A DNA stretch of 43,792 bases, taken from the NCBI GenBank assembly GCA_030630065.1, contig DAOVNU010000001.1:1-43792 (forward strand). The letters run 5' to 3'. The notes under the pieces were generated by a model. That model had not been told where the DNA came from and did not search any database. It worked only from the letters and a program-made list of their open reading frames with translations. Positions within the stretch are counted from its first letter, which is position 1, and the number at the start of each line of letters is the position of its first letter. The translations under genes were made by a program, and so were the position numbers. Of this stretch, positions 41,058 to 43,792 are shown in pieces. The stretch comes from a bacterium. Lineage in GTDB: Bacteria > Ratteibacteria > UBA8468.

Positions 41058-41467
41058 TTTTTGTATTTAATTAGACGCAGGGTTGTCCCTATTTTAGAGG
41101 ACGTATCATAACGAACCTCATCCATAATTTTCTTGATAAAGAAGATGCCTAAGCCACCCGGTCTTACCTTTTTTAGAGGACGATGCCGTAAACTCCCTGG
41201 TTTCGCCTTTTTACCGAAGTCCCTGATGCTTACCTCCAATCGGTCATCCTTATCCTCAGCGGTAATAATCATTCTTTGATTATACCTACCCTGATAGGCA
41301 TATTTAATCACATTAGTGCAGGCCTCGTCAATGGCTAAGACAATATTCTTAACCTCCTTTTTGCCAAATTGCATCTCTTTTGCTACTTGAGAAATGGCCA
41401 TCCTGATTAGACCTAAAAATCTCGGATGGCTGGGAAGGGAAAGTTTGACGGACGGGATTCTTTTCAT
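41054..41467 (-). CDS. Anti-sigma regulatory factor-type serine protein kinase (RsbW/SpoIIAB-like, HATPase_c_2)
   Basis: 137 aa with the N-box LAIDEACTNVIKYAY and the G-box PGGLGIFFIKKIMDEV. Confidence 0.8.
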   Translation of the reverse strand: MKRIPSVKLSLPSHPRFLGLIRMAISQVAKEMQFGKKEVKNIVLAIDEACTNVIKYAYQGRYNQRMIITAEDKDDRLEVSIRDFGKKAKPGSLRHRPLKKVRPGGLGIFFIKKIMDEVRYDTSSKIGTTLRLIKYKK

Positions 41468-42738
41468 TGGCTTTCTACCTTAATTGCTACCAGCGTGAGG
41501 TCATCGGATGCCGGTTTACCCTGGGAGAAGAATTTTATCTTTTGCAGAACTTCCTTTCCCAACCCGGCGGCATCATTCGGAGCATCGTTGACCAACTTAA
41601 GAATCTTCTCCGAAGAGAACCTTTTACCGTTTTTCCCCTTTGCCTCGGATAATCCGTCGGTATAAAGAAAAAGAAGGTCTCCTTTTCTCAATTTAATTTT
41701 GTTTTCTTTGAAAGAAAAATCGGAAGAAACACCTAACGGCAGCCCTTTTTCACCTTCCAGTAATTTTACCTTTCCCAAACGTTTAATTAAAGGGGCGGGA
41801 TGACCGGCATTGACGTAGGTTAAAGTTCTGTTTTTTGCATCAAGGAGCAGGTAAATTAGAGTAACAAATAGACCCAGGGTAGCGCTTTCGGCAAGGAGCT
41901 TATTGATTGCGTTCATTGTTTTGCCTGGTTTTTTGTCAGGGGAAGCAACAAGTTTAAAATCGCTGATGGTTTTAGCCATAAACAAAGCCGCAGGAATACC
42001 TTTTCCGCAGATATCACCGAGGACAATGCCGGTTTGTTCTTTCCCCAGTTCAATAAAATCGTAAAAATCCCCGCTGATTCCGGCAACCGGAATATTTCTC
42101 GCCCAGAATTGGATTCCTTTTACCCGGGGATATTTTTGGGGAAGGAGATTGTTCTGGATTAATCGGGCGATGCGCAACTCCTCCTCTACTTTTTGCCGCT
42201 CCAGGAGAAATTGATGCAGACGCGCATTTTCAATGGCAATCCCGGACTGATTGGCAAAGGTGGTAAAAAGTTCCACCTCTTCTTCCCCGAATGGCTGACA
42301 CGGATTAATTGCTTCTAAGATGCCAACAACCTTTCCTTTAACCTTCATCGGAACGGCTAAAATGGACTTTGTCTTAAAGCCGGTGGACTGGTCAAGTTGA
42401 TTATTAAATCTCGGGTCTTTCTTAACCTCAGGAATCAGCAGAGGTTTTTCTTTTTCTGCAACCCAGCCGGCAATTCCCTGGCCCTTCTTTAATCTGAATT
42501 TTTTAATCTCTTTACCTTTTTCTCCGAGAGCAATCTCATAGGTTAATTCCCCTGTTTTTTCATCCTTAAGCATTAAGGAAGATGCCTCTACCCTCATCAC
42601 CTCTTTGGAAATTTCCATAATGATCGTTAGGAGTTTCTTCAGATTCAGGGTGGAGTTGATGATTTCATTGACCTTGATGATGCTGGCAAGATTGGATAAC
42701 CTTTTTTTTAGGGATTTTGTATCTGTTTCTTTCCTCAT
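41464..42738 (-). CDS. GAF-domain PP2C/SpoIIE-family serine phosphatase (RsbU-like)
   Basis: 424 aa with an N-terminal GAF domain. The PP2C motifs are ISGDFYDF ... LGDICGKGIPAALFMA ... YVNAGHP ... LFLYTDGLSEA ... DDLTLVAIKV. Confidence 0.85.
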   Translation of the reverse strand: MRKETDTKSLKKRLSNLASIIKVNEIINSTLNLKKLLTIIMEISKEVMRVEASSLMLKDEKTGELTYEIALGEKGKEIKKFRLKKGQGIAGWVAEKEKPLLIPEVKKDPRFNNQLDQSTGFKTKSILAVPMKVKGKVVGILEAINPCQPFGEEEVELFTTFANQSGIAIENARLHQFLLERQKVEEELRIARLIQNNLLPQKYPRVKGIQFWARNIPVAGISGDFYDFIELGKEQTGIVLGDICGKGIPAALFMAKTISDFKLVASPDKKPGKTMNAINKLLAESATLGLFVTLIYLLLDAKNRTLTYVNAGHPAPLIKRLGKVKLLEGEKGLPLGVSSDFSFKENKIKLRKGDLLFLYTDGLSEAKGKNGKRFSSEKILKLVNDAPNDAAGLGKEVLQKIKFFSQGKPASDDLTLVAIKVESQ

Positions 42739-43751
42739 TTTGTCATTAGCCGACTGAACCAGATTAAGGATTTAACATTAAGCCGCACAGTTGCTTTCAG
42801 CAAAGGTTTATTTCTGATGAAGTCCGCAATCGGTGGAGAGGTTCTATAATATACTTTGACGAAATCTCTTCCCAGAGGACTGGTTAAGAGATATTTATCG
42901 CGGAATTTACTCAAAGCCCTAACCTCTTCTGCCATTGGTGTGCCGAAGGCAGCGGTAGCGATGAAACAACCACCACCTCCACCTCCATCCGATACGTCAG
43001 CAGATACAATGCCTCCTGGTGGAGGCGGGGGAGATTCCCCAGATTTCCCTTCTTCATAGGAAGGAGTTCTGTCGAGATTATAATTAACCCCATCTCCTTC
43101 TGCAGAATAATCTCTCTCTATAACAGCTCTAACCTCATTGTGGGGAACAATCAGGGTAATGTCATTAGCGGTCTTATTATAGACAAAACAGCCATGCATT
43201 GGCACAAGATTTATGACTGCATAATAGTTACCATTATTCCAGAACCAGGCAACATTACCACAGAGAGGGTTTTCGGGGTCATTAGCATTATATTCATAGG
43301 TTCCGTCGGTAACCATAACATCACTCCAGGCGACCGCAAAGTTAAAGGGGCAGGCAATCTGGTTCCAGCCCGGCGCCAGATGAATTTTATAGTCCCGGGT
43401 ATTGTTATAGTCGTAAACACAACCGGTGCTGTGGATGGTGACATTGTCTCGGCTAATCAACCAGGCGGAATGTCCAACTAACGGCTGTCCCGGACCAGGA
43501 CCGATATCGTTACTTGAAGTTCCCTCCTCATAATACGGTTCCTTTTCTCCCTCATCCGGTTCCCAATGGAAGCATCTCCATTGGGTATTATCATAGGGAC
43601 CTAAGTAATCCCCTAAAACAGAACTCATCTTTGTATCCTGTGGCTCTACTGGGGTGGAAATCATCGTGTAGTCGGCAGGAGTAGTTCCCCCGGTGAGATT
43701 GCGGTGGTCTGTTATTGGCGAACAGCTGTGTATCTGCCATTTATAATGCAT
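42735..43751 (-). CDS. Hypothetical protein with C-terminal CFIATAA ('CFI-box'-type) domain preceded by Pro/Gly-rich linker
   Basis: 338 aa with ...GESPPPPPGGIVSADVSDGGGGGGCFIATAAFGTPMAEEVRALSKFRDKYLLTSPLGRDFVKVYYRTSPPIADFI.... No signal peptide is visible at the annotated N-terminus. An in-frame stop lies 18 nt upstream of the ATG. Confidence 0.55.
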   Translation of the reverse strand: MHYKWQIHSCSPITDHRNLTGGTTPADYTMISTPVEPQDTKMSSVLGDYLGPYDNTQWRCFHWEPDEGEKEPYYEEGTSSNDIGPGPGQPLVGHSAWLISRDNVTIHSTGCVYDYNNTRDYKIHLAPGWNQIACPFNFAVAWSDVMVTDGTYEYNANDPENPLCGNVAWFWNNGNYYAVINLVPMHGCFVYNKTANDITLIVPHNEVRAVIERDYSAEGDGVNYNLDRTPSYEEGKSGESPPPPPGGIVSADVSDGGGGGGCFIATAAFGTPMAEEVRALSKFRDKYLLTSPLGRDFVKVYYRTSPPIADFIRNKPLLKATVRLNVKSLIWFSRLMTK

Positions 43752-43792
43752 GCTGTTTTCGCTCTCTTAACTATACACATTTGCGGTTGCCA

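Noticed and set aside
1-43792. CRISPR array, tRNA/rRNA genes, transposase, integrase, prophage, or toxin-antitoxin/restriction/defence genes
   Set aside because: The repeats are dispersed singletons, not regularly spaced arrays. No intergenic region shows tRNA-like arms. No ORF shows DDE, tyrosine or serine recombinase motifs, or nuclease, helicase or reverse-transcriptase motifs that I could recognise. This was a by-eye scan only, so divergent small systems could be missed.

Overview
This is an AT-rich, very gene-dense bacterial chromosomal segment. I call 42 CDS, 41 of them on the minus strand, and many are joined by ATGA/TAATG start-stop overlaps. I found no rRNA, tRNA, CRISPR array, transposase, integrase or recognisable phage or defence gene. 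The gene content suggests an uncultivated PVC-type lineage (Planctomycetota/Omnitrophota/Lentisphaerota-like), but that is inference only. The pointers are a prepilin-leader DUF1559 'H-X9-DG' protein, secreted LamG/F5-8/CBM9 proteins and a large DUF6785-like membrane protein.

Reading in the direction of transcription, from high to low coordinates:
1. 43751..33684 is a gap-free run of 11 genes: a CFI-box C-terminal protein, a GAF-PP2C phosphatase, an RsbW-like kinase, a STAS protein, MlaE, MlaF, MlaD, a lipoprotein, a CHASE2 adenylate/guanylate cyclase, a FecR protein and a GAF histidine kinase. The only plus-strand gene, a CheY-like receiver, converges on this run.
2. 33191..31097 holds a FecR::GspG-like fusion followed by lpxK.
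3. 30720..21412 is an IclR-headed catabolic operon: MmsA/IolA, a split transketolase, an IolD-like ThDP enzyme, an RpiB-like isomerase, an SDR epimerase, a URO-D-fold protein and a TIM-barrel isomerase. It ends in a 30-codon stub of a Gfo/Idh/MocA dehydrogenase.
4. 21182..15468 encodes a PIG-L deacetylase, a GH-like protein, a GNAT, a non-Pyl MttB-family methyltransferase and a DeoR regulator.
5. 15371..4424 encodes the DUF1559 pseudopilin-like protein and a PUL-like operon: a 1064-aa LamG/F5-8 protein, an F5/8 protein, a CBM9 protein, a polytopic membrane protein, two PHP proteins, a URO-D protein and a Kelch protein.
6. 4269..1 is an LPS-core-like cluster: GT9, a methyltransferase, a methyltransferase::GT9 fusion and GT1.

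Several families of GC-rich palindromic repeats are scattered through the window. Some supply the last codons and the stop codon of genes.

The most interesting candidates are:
- the partner-switching module welded onto the Mla lipid transporter;
- the FecR/CHASE2/GspG-like signalling genes;
- the orphan MttB and URO-D methyltransferases in glycan loci;
- the iol-like, transketolase-dependent operon.

All calls rest on reading the ORF translations and the DNA by eye. No database search was run.
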